Assembly (NCBI GenBank): GCA_017525035.1
Contig: JAFXTH010000006.1
Location: forward strand, 7,714 to 71,713
Length of the DNA stretch: 64,000 nucleotides
From: Bacilli bacterium
GTDB taxonomy: Bacteria; Bacillota_I; Bacilli_A; RF39; UBA660
Direction: 5' to 3'
Below, piece by piece: positions 54,049 through 64,000 of the stretch; the first letter of the stretch is position 1; every line of letters starts with the position of its first letter. The position numbers were made by a program, and so were the translations under genes. The notes under the pieces were generated by a model. It was not told the origin of the DNA and did no database searches. It saw only the letters and a program-made list of their open reading frames with translations.

Positions 54049-56199
54049 ATGAAAAAGACTATTAAGAAAAAAGAAACTAAAGAAGTTAAAAATAAAAAAG
54101 TAAAGAAGATTAAGAAAGAGGAAAAGTCTAAAACATCCTTTATTTCTAAAGTTAAATCTAACTACAAAAGTTTTAAAAGCAATCCTAAACAATATACAGT
54201 TAGAGTACTTAAGAAAACTAAAAAAATGATTTTAGATAATAGATTCTATTTCCTATTTGTTTTATTAAATGTTATTAATGGTATGTTATTAAGAGCATTC
54301 ACATTAGGTAATGGAACATTATTCGATTTTGATGCTATACTTGCAGATGCAGCGTTTATGTTTGTAATTGGATCATTCTCTTTCTTGTTTAATGAAAAGG
54401 GAAGATTTATCTATATGTTTATTATCACAACATTGTTAACAGCAATTTGTGTATTAAACTCTGCATATTATACTTTCTATACATCTTTCTCATCAATTTC
54501 ACTTATATCAACAGCAAGATTTATAACTGATGTTGGAGATGCAGTTGTAGAAAATGTATTACAACCAAAAGATTTAGTATATATAATTATGCCTTTCTCT
54601 TTAATATTTTTACATCGTAGATATAAGAAAGCTGGTAAATTAAAATTATTTAGAAGTAAATTAGGTTTTTTAAAATCTTTAGGTCTTGGGGCAGTATGTG
54701 CAATTATATTCTGTTGTACTTTAACAGGAACAGATGTTGGAAGACTTACAAAACAATGGAATAGAGAATATGTTGTTAAAAAGTTTGGTATCTATGTTTA
54801 TCATGTTAATGATTTAGTAAAAAGTTTGGAACCAAAATTTGCAGCACTTTTCGGATACGATTCAGCACTTAAAGAATTTAATGAATTTTATGCTGATGTT
54901 AAAGAACCTACAAAGAATAAATATACAGGAATGTATGAAGGTAGAAATATCTTAGTAATTCATGGTGAAAGTATTCAAAACTTCCTAATTGGGCTTAAAT
55001 TCAATGGACAAGAAGTAACACCAAATTTAAATAAACTTGCTAAGACAGGAATGTATTTTGACAATTTCTACACACAAGTAAGTATTGGTACAAGTAGTGA
55101 TACAGAGTTTACATTAAACACATCACTTATGCCAGCAAGTTTGGGAACAGCATTCTCAGATTATGCAGATAAAGAATATGTATCAATACCTAAATTATTA
55201 AAAGAAAAAGGATATTACTCATTTGCAATGCATGCTAACAATGGTGAGTATTGGAATAGAAGAGTAATGCATAAAAACTTAGGATATGATGAATTAATTG
55301 CAAAAGATCAATTTGAAATAGATGAAGTAATTGGTCTTGGTTTATCAGATGCCTCATTCTTCAAACAAGCAGTACCTAAACTTCAAAAGATTGTTGAAGA
55401 ACATGGTAAGTATTATGGAACATTTATAATGCTTACTAACCATACACCATTCTCTGAAACAGACAAATATGGTGAATTTGATGTAGATATCAAAGAAACA
55501 ATTACTAATGAAAATGGTGAAAAGGTTGAAGTTAGTTATCCATATATGGAAGGAACTAAGTTAGGAAATTACATTAAGTCTGCTCACTATGCTGACTATG
55601 CTTTAGGAATATTCCTAGATGAACTTGAAAAAGCAGGACTTCTTGAGAATACAGTTATCGTATTCTATGGAGACCATGATGCAAGACTTCCTCAAAGCAA
55701 CTATGTAAGACTATATAACTATGATAAAGAAAATGATTCAGTATTAGATGAAGATGATCCTAACTATGTAGAATTCAATGATTATCATTATGAGTTGAAT
55801 AGAAAAGTACCATTTATAATTTGGTCTAAAGATAGAATAAATAAAGCAGAAAAAATATCTTATACAATGGGTATGTATGATGTTATGCCAACTCTTGGAA
55901 ATATGTTTGGATTCTATAACAAATATGCCTTAGGTCATGATATATTTGAAATTAAAGATAACAACATAGTAATATTCCCAACAGGAAATTGGCTAACTAA
56001 AGATATGTATTATAATAATCAGAAAGAAGAATCATTTGTATTATCTAGTCGAGTTGTTACACAAGAGCAAATTGAATACAATAGAGAATACACTGATAAA
56101 TTGTTATCTGTATCTAATGACATCTTAGTATATGACTTAATAAGAAATTCAAAAGTACAAACAGTAAATGAATCAGAAGTAGTAGAAGGGAAGCAATAG
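54049..56199 (+). CDS. LTA synthase (LtaS)/sulfatase-family membrane protein, second paralog
   Basis: Lys-rich N-tail, 5 TM helices, then a sulfatase domain (ILVIHGESIQNF, IGTSSDTEF, TNHTPF, FYGDHD). Confidence 0.85.
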   Translation: MKKTIKKKETKEVKNKKVKKIKKEEKSKTSFISKVKSNYKSFKSNPKQYTVRVLKKTKKMILDNRFYFLFVLLNVINGMLLRAFTLGNGTLFDFDAILADAAFMFVIGSFSFLFNEKGRFIYMFIITTLLTAICVLNSAYYTFYTSFSSISLISTARFITDVGDAVVENVLQPKDLVYIIMPFSLIFLHRRYKKAGKLKLFRSKLGFLKSLGLGAVCAIIFCCTLTGTDVGRLTKQWNREYVVKKFGIYVYHVNDLVKSLEPKFAALFGYDSALKEFNEFYADVKEPTKNKYTGMYEGRNILVIHGESIQNFLIGLKFNGQEVTPNLNKLAKTGMYFDNFYTQVSIGTSSDTEFTLNTSLMPASLGTAFSDYADKEYVSIPKLLKEKGYYSFAMHANNGEYWNRRVMHKNLGYDELIAKDQFEIDEVIGLGLSDASFFKQAVPKLQKIVEEHGKYYGTFIMLTNHTPFSETDKYGEFDVDIKETITNENGEKVEVSYPYMEGTKLGNYIKSAHYADYALGIFLDELEKAGLLENTVIVFYGDHDARLPQSNYVRLYNYDKENDSVLDEDDPNYVEFNDYHYELNRKVPFIIWSKDRINKAEKISYTMGMYDVMPTLGNMFGFYNKYALGHDIFEIKDNNIVIFPTGNWLTKDMYYNNQKEESFVLSSRVVTQEQIEYNREYTDKLLSVSNDILVYDLIRNSKVQTVNESEVVEGKQ

Positions 56200-56201
56200 A
56201 T

Positions 56202-56831
56202 ATGAGTAAGAGAAAAAAAGATAAAAGAATAATTATACTAATTGCTGCTGCAATTGTACTATTTATAATTGCTGCCTTCTTATTAATGAATGGTGGATCT
56301 AAAAAAACTGAAGTAGAAGAAGTTAAAAAAGTTGATAATATTAAGACAAAAGAAATAGATTACACTTTATATAATAATAAATCTGATTTATATAAAGATT
56401 ACTTTTCAGAATTAAAAGAAGTATTATTAAAAGATAAAGTTGATGATTTAGAATATGCTAAAGTTCTTGCTAAATTATTTGTAGCAGATTTCTATTCATT
56501 AGCTGATAAAAAAACAAATACAGATGTTGGTGGACTTGATTTTATATATCCAGATATGAAAGAAAACTTCATATTAAAGGCTACTGATACAATATATAAA
56601 TATGTTGAATCAAATGTTTATGGAGATAGAAAACAATCACTTCCAAAAGTAAAAAGTGTTGAAATTAAAAAAGCAGAACCTAAACCATTAAAATATGGCA
56701 AACTATCTGATGGATTAGGATATGTAGTAACTACTACAATAGCTTACGAAAAAGATTTAGGGTTCCCTAAAGAAGTTACTTTATACATAATACATAAAGA
56801 TAAAAAATTATTTATAGTAGAAATAAAATAG
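56202..56831 (+). CDS. hypothetical membrane-anchored protein
   Basis: 209 aa with one N-terminal TM helix. Translationally coupled to the upstream ltaS-like gene. Confidence 0.55.
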   Translation: MSKRKKDKRIIILIAAAIVLFIIAAFLLMNGGSKKTEVEEVKKVDNIKTKEIDYTLYNNKSDLYKDYFSELKEVLLKDKVDDLEYAKVLAKLFVADFYSLADKKTNTDVGGLDFIYPDMKENFILKATDTIYKYVESNVYGDRKQSLPKVKSVEIKKAEPKPLKYGKLSDGLGYVVTTTIAYEKDLGFPKEVTLYIIHKDKKLFIVEIK

Positions 56832-56864
56832 GTTTAATAAACCTATTTTTAGATAAGGGGAAAT

Positions 56865-58052
56865 ATGGAAAGAGTTATTTTAATAAAATATGGTGAATTA
56901 ACTACAAAAAAGGGTAATAGAAACTTCTTTGTTCAACTATTATACAAAAGTATTCAAAATAAACTTGCTAATTATAACGTTAAAATATTTAAAGATTTAT
57001 CTAGAATGTATATTGAGTTTAATGATAAAGATTTAGATGAAATATTAAAAAGAGTTAATAATATATTTGGAATACATGAATATTTAGTTGCATACAAAAT
57101 AGATACTGATGTTGAAACTATTAAAGAAAAAGTATTAGAAATAGTTAAACAAGAAAAGTTTAATACTTTTAAAGTAGAAACAAAGAGAAGTTATAAAGAA
57201 TTCCCAATTAATAGTCAAGATTTTTCAAGGCAATTAGGTGGTTTAATTCTTAAAAATATCAATGATATAAAAGTAGATGTTCATAATCCAGAGTTACTTG
57301 TTAATGTAGAAATAAGAAAAGAATACACTTATATTTATACAAATTATTACTATGGTTTAGGAGGATATCCAAATAATACTTTAGGAAAAGGAATGCTTAT
57401 GTTGAGTGGAGGAATAGATTCTCCAGTAGCAGCCTATCTTGCTATGAAAAGAGGAGTACATGTTGAAGCTTTATATTTTGAAGCAATTCCACATACAAGC
57501 ATTAACGCAAGAAATAAAGTAATAGAACTATGCAAAAAATTATCTATTTATACATCAAGTATTAAGCTTCATATTGTACCTTTTACAGAGATTCAAGAAG
57601 CAATTTATAAAACAGCTGATGAAGATTATGTAATTACAATAATGAGAAGAATGATGTATAGAATAACTGAAAGAATGGCCAAAAGAAGACGATGCTTAGC
57701 AATCATAAATGGTGAATCAATTGGGCAAGTAGCCAGTCAAACATTAACTAGCATGAAAGTTATTAATTCAGTTACTAATTACCCAGTAATAAGACCAGTA
57801 GCATGTCTTGATAAACTTGAAATTATGGATATTGCAAGAAAGATTGATACTTATGATATAAGCATATTACCATATGAAGATTGTTGTACTGTTTTTGTTC
57901 CAAAGCATCCAGTAATCAATCCTAAAATGGAATTATGTGAAGATATGGAAACAAGATTTGATTATCAAGAATTAATAAACAAAGCACTTAAAAATATTAA
58001 GACAATTACAATAACTGAACATGATAAAAATGAATTTGATGATTTATTATAA
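56865..58052 (+). CDS. thiI: tRNA 4-thiouridine(8) synthase
   Basis: N-terminal ferredoxin-like/THUMP region and PP-loop LSGGIDSPVA. Confidence 0.92.
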   Translation: MERVILIKYGELTTKKGNRNFFVQLLYKSIQNKLANYNVKIFKDLSRMYIEFNDKDLDEILKRVNNIFGIHEYLVAYKIDTDVETIKEKVLEIVKQEKFNTFKVETKRSYKEFPINSQDFSRQLGGLILKNINDIKVDVHNPELLVNVEIRKEYTYIYTNYYYGLGGYPNNTLGKGMLMLSGGIDSPVAAYLAMKRGVHVEALYFEAIPHTSINARNKVIELCKKLSIYTSSIKLHIVPFTEIQEAIYKTADEDYVITIMRRMMYRITERMAKRRRCLAIINGESIGQVASQTLTSMKVINSVTNYPVIRPVACLDKLEIMDIARKIDTYDISILPYEDCCTVFVPKHPVINPKMELCEDMETRFDYQELINKALKNIKTITITEHDKNEFDDLL

Positions 58053-58106
58053 TTAAAGTATAAATTGTTTAAAAAATCACATCCTATAAATGTAGGAGGT
58101 GAAACA

Positions 58107-58319
58107 ATGAAAAAAGGACAAAAGAAAAAAACTAGCTCCACAAGAAATTCTACTGCTAAAAAGAATACAACTGATAATATGAAGTATGAAATAGCAAATG
58201 AATTTGGTGTTAGTTTAGGTCCAAATTCTACTTCTCGTGCCAATGGTTCCGTTGGTGGTGAAATTACTAAAAGATTAGTAAATCGAGGAAAAGGTGGAAG
58301 TGCAAAAAGAAATTCCTAA
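58107..58319 (+). CDS. alpha/beta-type small acid-soluble spore protein
   Basis: [33 protein letters not shown] is the SASP alpha/beta signature. ATG 58107 behind TAGGAGGTGA is preferred. Confidence 0.9.
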   Translation: MKKGQKKKTSSTRNSTAKKNTTDNMKYEIANEFGVSLGPNSTSRANGSVGGEITKRLVNRGKGGSAKRNS

Positions 58320-58471
58320 TACTAATAATATGAAATAGATAATAGATGATATTATCTATTTTTTTTGTTATACTATTATTAGAGTAGCGTAATAACTTAA
58401 AAAGTGTTATACTTACAATAAGTAGGAAACATATATAAAGGTACTAACGAAAGTAAAAAGGAGAAGTTAAT

Positions 58472-59188
58472 ATGGCTGAAGAAGAAAAAAAGAAAAAGAA
58501 AGTAACAAAGAAACCTGCGAAGAAAGCAGTAAAGGCTGAAAAAACTGCACCAAAAAAGACTGCGGTAAAGAAAGCAGCAACTAAAAAGAATGATACAATT
58601 AAATAAATTGAAAAGGTATTAAAAAAAGAATTACCAAAAATTATAGAGCCAGAAAAAGAAAAGAAAGTTGAAGAAAAGAAAGTTGAAGAACCAAAAAAAG
58701 ATAAAAAAGAAAAGAAAAAATCTTTTGCCCTAACTAAAAGAGAAAAGATTTTAATTGGTTTAGTTATCTTAACAATAGTAGTTACTGGTTTAATGTATTA
58801 TTTAATGTTTGGAGATAAATATTATAATTTCAAAGCAAACTGGGGATTACATATACCAAGTTCAGTTGAGGAAGTATATTCTGTTAAAGGTAAAAAAGAT
58901 GAATTTGGTGATTATAATACTTACTACATTTTAAAATATGAAAAAGAAGAAGATGTTGCAAAATTAGTTAATTGGTCTAAGAAAGATGTTGAAACAATTC
59001 AATATGATAATGCTAAAGAAGCAGTTAACGAATGGTTAAATGTTTTAGGAATAGATAACAATAGACCAACATTTGAAAATGTAGAATATTGGTATAAAAA
59101 TGATGCCAAGAGTAACGAAATCATCATGATTAAAGATAAAACAAATAAAAGAATCTATATATTAGAATTCTTTCTAAAAGAAGAATAA
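58472..59188 (+). pseudogene. Lys-rich-tail / single-TM / outside-domain protein gene interrupted by an in-frame TAA at 58604
   Basis: AAAGGAG RBS and ATG 58472. 44 Lys-rich codons, TAA, and then the same frame stays open to 59188. There is no in-frame ATG, GTG or TTG before the TM helix, and the first ATG (58793) lies inside it. Confidence 0.5.
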
Positions 59189-59215
59189 AACTTGTATTAA
59201 AAAATACAAGTTTTT

Positions 59216-59902
59216 TTATTCTGAATTATTAAATCCTTTTTTTAATAGATCCATTTCAATTCCTTCTTTTTCAAGGAAAGCTGGCAGCGTTTTAGCCCAA
59301 CGCCCACCATATTTAGCACCACATTGTTTAGGACCATCCCTAAACCATGATAGGGCTTTTACTTTATCTACTTGATAAACATCATAGTTAAGCACGTTTT
59401 GAGAGGCCTCAAGATGCCATGGACTGCACACCATTATGTTTAAAATATCCATTAATTTCTTTTTATCCCATAGTCCGCATAATAAACTTAATGTGAATGA
59501 TGAATTGGGTCCTTTCTTTTTAAAACCTTCATACTCACAGTCTAAATCATTTGAATCAAAAGATAATTCTAGATTAACATATGCAACATTTTTATTATTA
59601 TTTACTATGTCATAACATTCTTTCAATTTATCTAAATTAACGTAGTTGTCTAAGAAGCAATCATCACATATAAATATTACTTTCTCTTCTGGTATATCTT
59701 GAAGAGATAAATATATTCTAGTAGTCCACTCATCTAATTCAAAATCATGGTTGATTGTTTTCATAAGAGGACTATCTAAGGTTTCCGTAAATAAGTATGT
59801 AACTGGGTGATTAGGCCAATATTTATCTAAGCAAGTCATGAATGTAGGCCATACTTCATCATTTAGATCACAACTAAAACATACAATTGCTAAATCATTC
59901 AT
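59216..59902 (-). CDS. hypothetical protein
   Basis: 228-aa ORF, Cys/Trp-rich, no motif recognised. Terminator at 59187-59217. Confidence 0.5.
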   Translation of the reverse strand: MNDLAIVCFSCDLNDEVWPTFMTCLDKYWPNHPVTYLFTETLDSPLMKTINHDFELDEWTTRIYLSLQDIPEEKVIFICDDCFLDNYVNLDKLKECYDIVNNNKNVAYVNLELSFDSNDLDCEYEGFKKKGPNSSFTLSLLCGLWDKKKLMDILNIMVCSPWHLEASQNVLNYDVYQVDKVKALSWFRDGPKQCGAKYGGRWAKTLPAFLEKEGIEMDLLKKGFNNSE

Positions 59903-60001
59903 ATTATCACCATAACAAATATATCATATTTAAATTAACAATACCACTAGAAAAATGTTATAATATTTGATAAAATATTGATATTGAAAAGAGGGATAAT
60001 T

Positions 60002-61183
60002 ATGAAAATAATGTCAATTAATGCCGGTAGTAGTTCACTTAAGTTTTCCTTATTTGATATGTCTACAGAAGAAGTATTAATTTCAGGAGTATTTGAACGT
60101 ATTGGTATTGAAGGTGGTACTTATACATTAAAGTACAAAGGAGATAAAATTAAAGTTGAACAAGAATTAGATTCTCATTCAACAGCAGTTAAAATATTAC
60201 TTGAGAAATTAATAGAATTACAAGTAATATCTACTTTAGAAGAAATCGAAGGAGTAGGTCATAGAATAGTACATGGTGGAGATAAATATACTGAATCAGT
60301 TATGGTTACTGATGAAGTTGTTGATGACATAATCAAATTCAGTGATTATGCACCACTTCATAATCCAGCACATGCTATATGTATTAAAGCATTTAGAGAG
60401 GTTTTACCTAAAACTCCAATGGTAGTAGTATTTGATACTGCATATCATCAAACAATAGAAAAAGCAAGATTCTTATATCCAGTACCATATGAATGGTATG
60501 AAAAATATCATATAAGAAAATATGGTGCACATGGAACTAGTCATAGATATATTGCTCAAACATTAAAACAAGAATTAGGTAAAGATGACTTAGACATCAT
60601 TTCATGTCACTTAGGAAATGGTGGAAGTATTACTGCAATTAAAGATGAAAAGTGCGTAGATACTTCTATGGGATTCACACCACATGCTGGAATCATGATG
60701 GGAACAAGAAGTGGAGACATTGATGTTTCAATCGTTCCTTATATCATGGAAAAAGAAGGTAAGAGTGCAAGTGAAATCATGAATGACTTAAATAAGAAAT
60801 CAGGTTTCTTAGGTGTATCAGGAGTAAGTAGCGACTCACGTGATATCGAAAATGGTATCAAAGAAGGAAATGAAAGGTGTATTCTTGCTGAAGAAATGTA
60901 TGTTAACTCAATTGTTAAATATATAGCACAATACTATGTTTTATTAGGACATGTTGATGCCATCGCATTTACTGCAGGAATTGGAGAAAACAGTCCAGAA
61001 ACAAGATTAGCAGTTATTGAAAAATTAGCTTGTTTAGGAATCAAAATTGATCCTGAAAAGAATAACATTAGAGGAAAATTTGCAAAGATTAGTACTGATG
61101 ATTCAACTGTAGAAGTATATGTTGTACCAACAGATGAAGAATTAATGATTGCAAGAGACACACTAAATTTAATAAATAGATAG
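60002..61183 (+). CDS. ackA: acetate kinase
   Basis: MSINAGSSSLKF, GHRIVHGG, YGAHGTSH and CHLGNGGS motifs. ATG 60002 behind GAGGGA. Confidence 0.95.
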   Translation: MKIMSINAGSSSLKFSLFDMSTEEVLISGVFERIGIEGGTYTLKYKGDKIKVEQELDSHSTAVKILLEKLIELQVISTLEEIEGVGHRIVHGGDKYTESVMVTDEVVDDIIKFSDYAPLHNPAHAICIKAFREVLPKTPMVVVFDTAYHQTIEKARFLYPVPYEWYEKYHIRKYGAHGTSHRYIAQTLKQELGKDDLDIISCHLGNGGSITAIKDEKCVDTSMGFTPHAGIMMGTRSGDIDVSIVPYIMEKEGKSASEIMNDLNKKSGFLGVSGVSSDSRDIENGIKEGNERCILAEEMYVNSIVKYIAQYYVLLGHVDAIAFTAGIGENSPETRLAVIEKLACLGIKIDPEKNNIRGKFAKISTDDSTVEVYVVPTDEELMIARDTLNLINR

Positions 61184-61192
61184 GAAGTAAAA

Positions 61193-62146
61193 ATGCTTAA
61201 ACAAATTTACGAAGAAATAAAAAAATATAATACTATTGTTATTGCAAGACATATTGGAGTAGATCCAGATGCACTAGGAAGCCAATTTGCACTTAAAGAG
61301 GCAATTAACTTAAATTTCCCAGATAAACTTGTTTATGCTGTAGGAAGTAAAAGTTCAAGGTATAACTACTTTCCAAAACTTGATAGATATGAAATGACAG
61401 ACAACCAAAATGTATTGTTAATTGTTGTAGATACTCCTGATAAAAAAAGAGTTGATATTAATAGATTAGATACATTTCCAAATGTTTGTAAAATAGATCA
61501 TCATCCATTAATTGATAACTTTGGAGGGATAGAATATATCGATACTAAAGCATCTAGTGCTTCAGAATTAGTACTTAGATTCTTCAAAGAAAATAATGTT
61601 GAAATAAATAAAAATATTGCTGAATTCTTATATTATGGAATAGCATCAGATACTAACAGATTCTTATTCAATACTGATTACAATACATTTCAAATAGTAA
61701 GTGATTTAATAAAAGAATATGATATAGATGTAGAAGAATTATATTCACATTTATATGCTAGACCATTCAGCGAAGTAAGATTCCAAGGATATATTTCAGA
61801 GAATTTAACATTAACTGAAAATGGATTTGCATACGTAATAATATCCAACGATACATTACTTAAGTATGGAGTTGATGCAAGTTCAGCAGGTAACATGGTA
61901 AATAACTTCAACAATATTGATGAAGTTGTCGCATGGGCAACAATTTCAGAAGATGTTAAGAATGGTTTGTTTAAATTTAATATAAGATCTCGTGGGCCAG
62001 TAGTTAATAATATTGCTGAACGTTACAATGGTGGAGGTCATGCTCTAGCAAGCGGTGCAAGAGTTAAAACTATGGAAGAGGTACAACTACTTATTAATGA
62101 ACTAGATAATATTTGTAGAGTATATAACGAGAAAGAAGGAGACTAA
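61193..62146 (+). CDS. nrnA: DHH/DHHA1 phosphoesterase (NrnA-like oligoribonuclease/pAp phosphatase)
   Basis: ARHIGVDPDALGS, VVDT, DHHP and GGGHALASGA motifs. Confidence 0.75.
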   Translation: MLKQIYEEIKKYNTIVIARHIGVDPDALGSQFALKEAINLNFPDKLVYAVGSKSSRYNYFPKLDRYEMTDNQNVLLIVVDTPDKKRVDINRLDTFPNVCKIDHHPLIDNFGGIEYIDTKASSASELVLRFFKENNVEINKNIAEFLYYGIASDTNRFLFNTDYNTFQIVSDLIKEYDIDVEELYSHLYARPFSEVRFQGYISENLTLTENGFAYVIISNDTLLKYGVDASSAGNMVNNFNNIDEVVAWATISEDVKNGLFKFNIRSRGPVVNNIAERYNGGGHALASGARVKTMEEVQLLINELDNICRVYNEKEGD

Positions 62147-62147
62147 A

Positions 62148-62732
62148 ATGAAGGTTGATAATGTTAACTTATACGTAAGTGCAGTAAGAAGAAGCCAATA
62201 CCCAGAAGATAATCTTCCTGAATTTATAATGTTAGGAAGAAGTAATGTTGGTAAAAGTAGCTTCATGAACACACTTGTTAATAGAAAAAATTTAGCTAGA
62301 ATATCTTCAAAACCAGGAAAAACAAGCACAATTAATTTCTTTAACGTAGAAGATTCATTCTATTTAGTAGATGTTCCAGGATATGGATATGCAGATACTT
62401 CAAAAGAAGAAATAAGAAAGTTTGGATTAATGGTTGAAGAATATCTGCAAAAAAGAAAAGAACTTAAAAGAGTATTCCTTTTAGTAGATTTTAGACATAG
62501 ACCAACAAGCGATGATAAGTTAATGTATGACTTTCTAAAGTATTATCAAATACCTGTTACGGTAATAGCAACTAAAGCAGATAAAGTAAGTTCAAGAGAA
62601 AAAGATAAGAATTTAAAGGAACTTAATAGTGCTTTAGACATAGTAGTAGGTGATAATGTCGTACTATTCTCAAGTGTTAGTAAAGTAGGAAGAGAAGAAG
62701 TATTAAAAATAATTGAAGATATAATAAAATAA
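62148..62732 (+). CDS. engB: ribosome biogenesis GTPase EngB/YsxC
   Basis: GRSNVGKSSFMN (G1), DVPGYGYA (G3) and TKADK (G4). Confidence 0.9.
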   Translation: MKVDNVNLYVSAVRRSQYPEDNLPEFIMLGRSNVGKSSFMNTLVNRKNLARISSKPGKTSTINFFNVEDSFYLVDVPGYGYADTSKEEIRKFGLMVEEYLQKRKELKRVFLLVDFRHRPTSDDKLMYDFLKYYQIPVTVIATKADKVSSREKDKNLKELNSALDIVVGDNVVLFSSVSKVGREEVLKIIEDIIK

Positions 62733-62841
62733 GCACAATAGTGCTTTTTTATTTTACATTTTTTAAATTAATATGTGTAAAATTACTTTACTCCGAAAAA
62801 AAATGATAATATAATTAAAATAGAGGAAGAAGAGGATAGAT

Positions 62842-63492
62842 ATGGAAAAGACTAAAAAACCACAAGAGAAATTAGTGTTATCATTTATCGGAATTGCTGC
62901 AGGTATTGCCTTTTTAGGTGGAACTGCATATGGTGAAAGTTATAATGCCCGTAAAATTGGAAATGTTACAAATTATGCTTCAGATGAAGAAGTAGTACCA
63001 GCTGGATATAACAATGGAAAGAGTACTCTAGGATTTAATGAATACAACATCATTTATGATGAAAATGAATATAATTATACATTTATTTTAGATAATTATG
63101 CAGGGCTAGATGATTCATATTTTGAAGTACGCTATGGTGATGATAAGAGCACTATAAATCTTGTAAGAAATTATATAAAAGATGGACACACAGAAGGACA
63201 TGCAATTGAATTTGATGAAAATGTAGTTGATTCTTTTGTAGCAGGATTTGGTGATAGTAACGAAAAAGATTCAATCTTCTTTATATTAGAAGATGGAAGC
63301 GTTGAATACATTCTTGTTGAAAGAGCTGTAAAAAACGATGATTACAGAACATTTAGAATTGACGGATTAGATAATATTGCTAAGCATTACAATGCTAATG
63401 CATGTAGTGATACAACATTAGAATGTAAAAGAACTGTTCTAGTACAATCTATGGATGGAACAATTTACGACTTAGAAAAATACGTTCAATAA
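62842..63492 (+). CDS. hypothetical secreted or anchored protein
   Basis: 216 aa, N-terminal hydrophobic segment, terminator at about 63494-63512. Confidence 0.5.
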   Translation: MEKTKKPQEKLVLSFIGIAAGIAFLGGTAYGESYNARKIGNVTNYASDEEVVPAGYNNGKSTLGFNEYNIIYDENEYNYTFILDNYAGLDDSYFEVRYGDDKSTINLVRNYIKDGHTEGHAIEFDENVVDSFVAGFGDSNEKDSIFFILEDGSVEYILVERAVKNDDYRTFRIDGLDNIAKHYNANACSDTTLECKRTVLVQSMDGTIYDLEKYVQ

Positions 63493-63557
63493 AGCACGAA
63501 AGTGCTTTTTTCTTTTACCAAATAATATTAATAACATAAAATAATTTAGGTGGTATA

Positions 63558-63950
63558 TTGAAATATCAATTAATAAATAAAAATAAATTTATAATATATC
63601 TTAATTCATCATATATGTGTTTAAATAAAGAAAACTTATATGATAGTATTAAAAATATTTTAATAAAAGTAAGAAAGAGATATGCATATGATATATATGG
63701 CTATTATGATGTTAATATTTATGAAATAAAATGTATAACAACAGTAATTGAGTTTATAAAAAAAGATCAAGATGATTATTTTAAAAACAATGTTGATTTA
63801 AAGATAAACTACATTAATAAAGATTATAAAATAAGAATAGATGACTATACTTTACTTAATAATTTTTTAATATCTTCAAATGACATTAAAAATGGTGATA
63901 TTATTAAGATATGTGAACATTATTCGATAGAAAATCTTAATTTACAATAA
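63558..63950 (+). CDS. hypothetical protein (TTG start)
   Basis: TAGGTGG RBS then TTG. 130 aa, Asn/Ile/Lys-rich. Confidence 0.4.
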   Translation: MKYQLINKNKFIIYLNSSYMCLNKENLYDSIKNILIKVRKRYAYDIYGYYDVNIYEIKCITTVIEFIKKDQDDYFKNNVDLKINYINKDYKIRIDDYTLLNNFLISSNDIKNGDIIKICEHYSIENLNLQ

Positions 63951-63993
63951 TATGATGATATGCTATAATATACGAGAGTTAAGGGGTGATACC

Positions 63994-64000
63994 ATGAAAA
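63994..64000 (+). CDS. start of a gene truncated by the window end
   Basis: TGCTATAAT (63961-63969), AAGGGGTGA RBS, ATG 63994. Confidence 0.35.

Noticed and set aside
2618-62329. About 45 short ORFs (60-115 aa) on the strand opposite to, or in alternative frames of, well-supported genes. Examples: 2618-2842, 2818-3099, 2972-3259, 3949-4131, 6332-6532, 6615-6887, 9543-9791, 16907-17254, 26122-26451, 27139-27432, 31356-31679, 37069-37383, 39549-39800, 45882-46214, 46971-47309, 48448-48747, 49360-49674, 50331-50585, 57965-58243 and 62102-62329.
   Set aside because: They lie entirely inside longer ORFs with clear motifs or RBS. They are low-complexity and Leu/Ile/Phe/Ser-rich, as expected from antisense AT-rich coding DNA, and they lack RBS. 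They are considered spurious.

Overview
Low-GC Firmicute chromosome segment, judged by eye. It is almost certainly from a spore-former: there is an alpha/beta-type SASP gene at 58107-58319 and mother-cell-type promoter motifs. No database search or computation was possible, so every family call rests on motifs read from the translations.

Layout:
- 34.9-64 kb is ordinary core: rubrerythrin, PrsW, two LtaS-family genes, dxs, fhs, gatCAB, thiI, ackA, nrnA-like, engB and a degenerate GGDEF protein.
- 22-34.9 kb is mixed: tRNA-Trp, HD, DUF218, VanY-like and Nudix genes, a Cys-rich Ig-repeat surface protein, a tandem GNAT, and several unknowns.
- 5.4-22 kb is accessory and holds the most interesting signal.

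Main result: a CwlC-like Amidase_3/4xLysM cell-wall amidase gene with no signal peptide is split into a 5' piece (9404-9454) and a 3' piece (20795-22000). The interruption is an 11.35-kb element (9455-20803) bounded by a 9-bp direct repeat, CATGGAGGA. A 535-aa large serine recombinase gene lies about 40 nt from the right junction. Precise excision would restore the canonical VVVDAGHGGSDPGA motif, and the reconstructed attP has imperfect inverted arms.

The amidase promoter looks sigma-K/E-like (AC-N16-CATACAyTA). I therefore propose a skin-like, sporulation-linked (or phage-switch-like) reconstitution of a mother-cell lysin. The element carries no phage structural or conjugation genes. Its cargo is a fused MacB-type ABC exporter, an ECF-like sigma/anti-sigma pair, an AlbA_2/Schlafen-like protein, an XRE switch region and wHTH proteins.

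An orphan second copy of the amidase promoter/RBS/start block (5525-5556) lies 3.85 kb upstream. This suggests an older, recombinase-less islet (XRE-ABC ATPase fusion, permease, membrane XRE) inserted at the same gene.

Both mobile segments carry a conserved ~126-nt hairpin-module element seeded by AGCAAGYACTGAATTT (5745-5870 and 12898-13022). In the second copy it is preceded by three perfect 52-nt tandem hairpin units. I could not assign it to any known RNA or repeat family.

Other notes:
- CIRCE operator in front of hsp20.
- In-frame TAA splitting a membrane protein gene at 58604.
- A novel four-Cys Big_2-like repeat protein.
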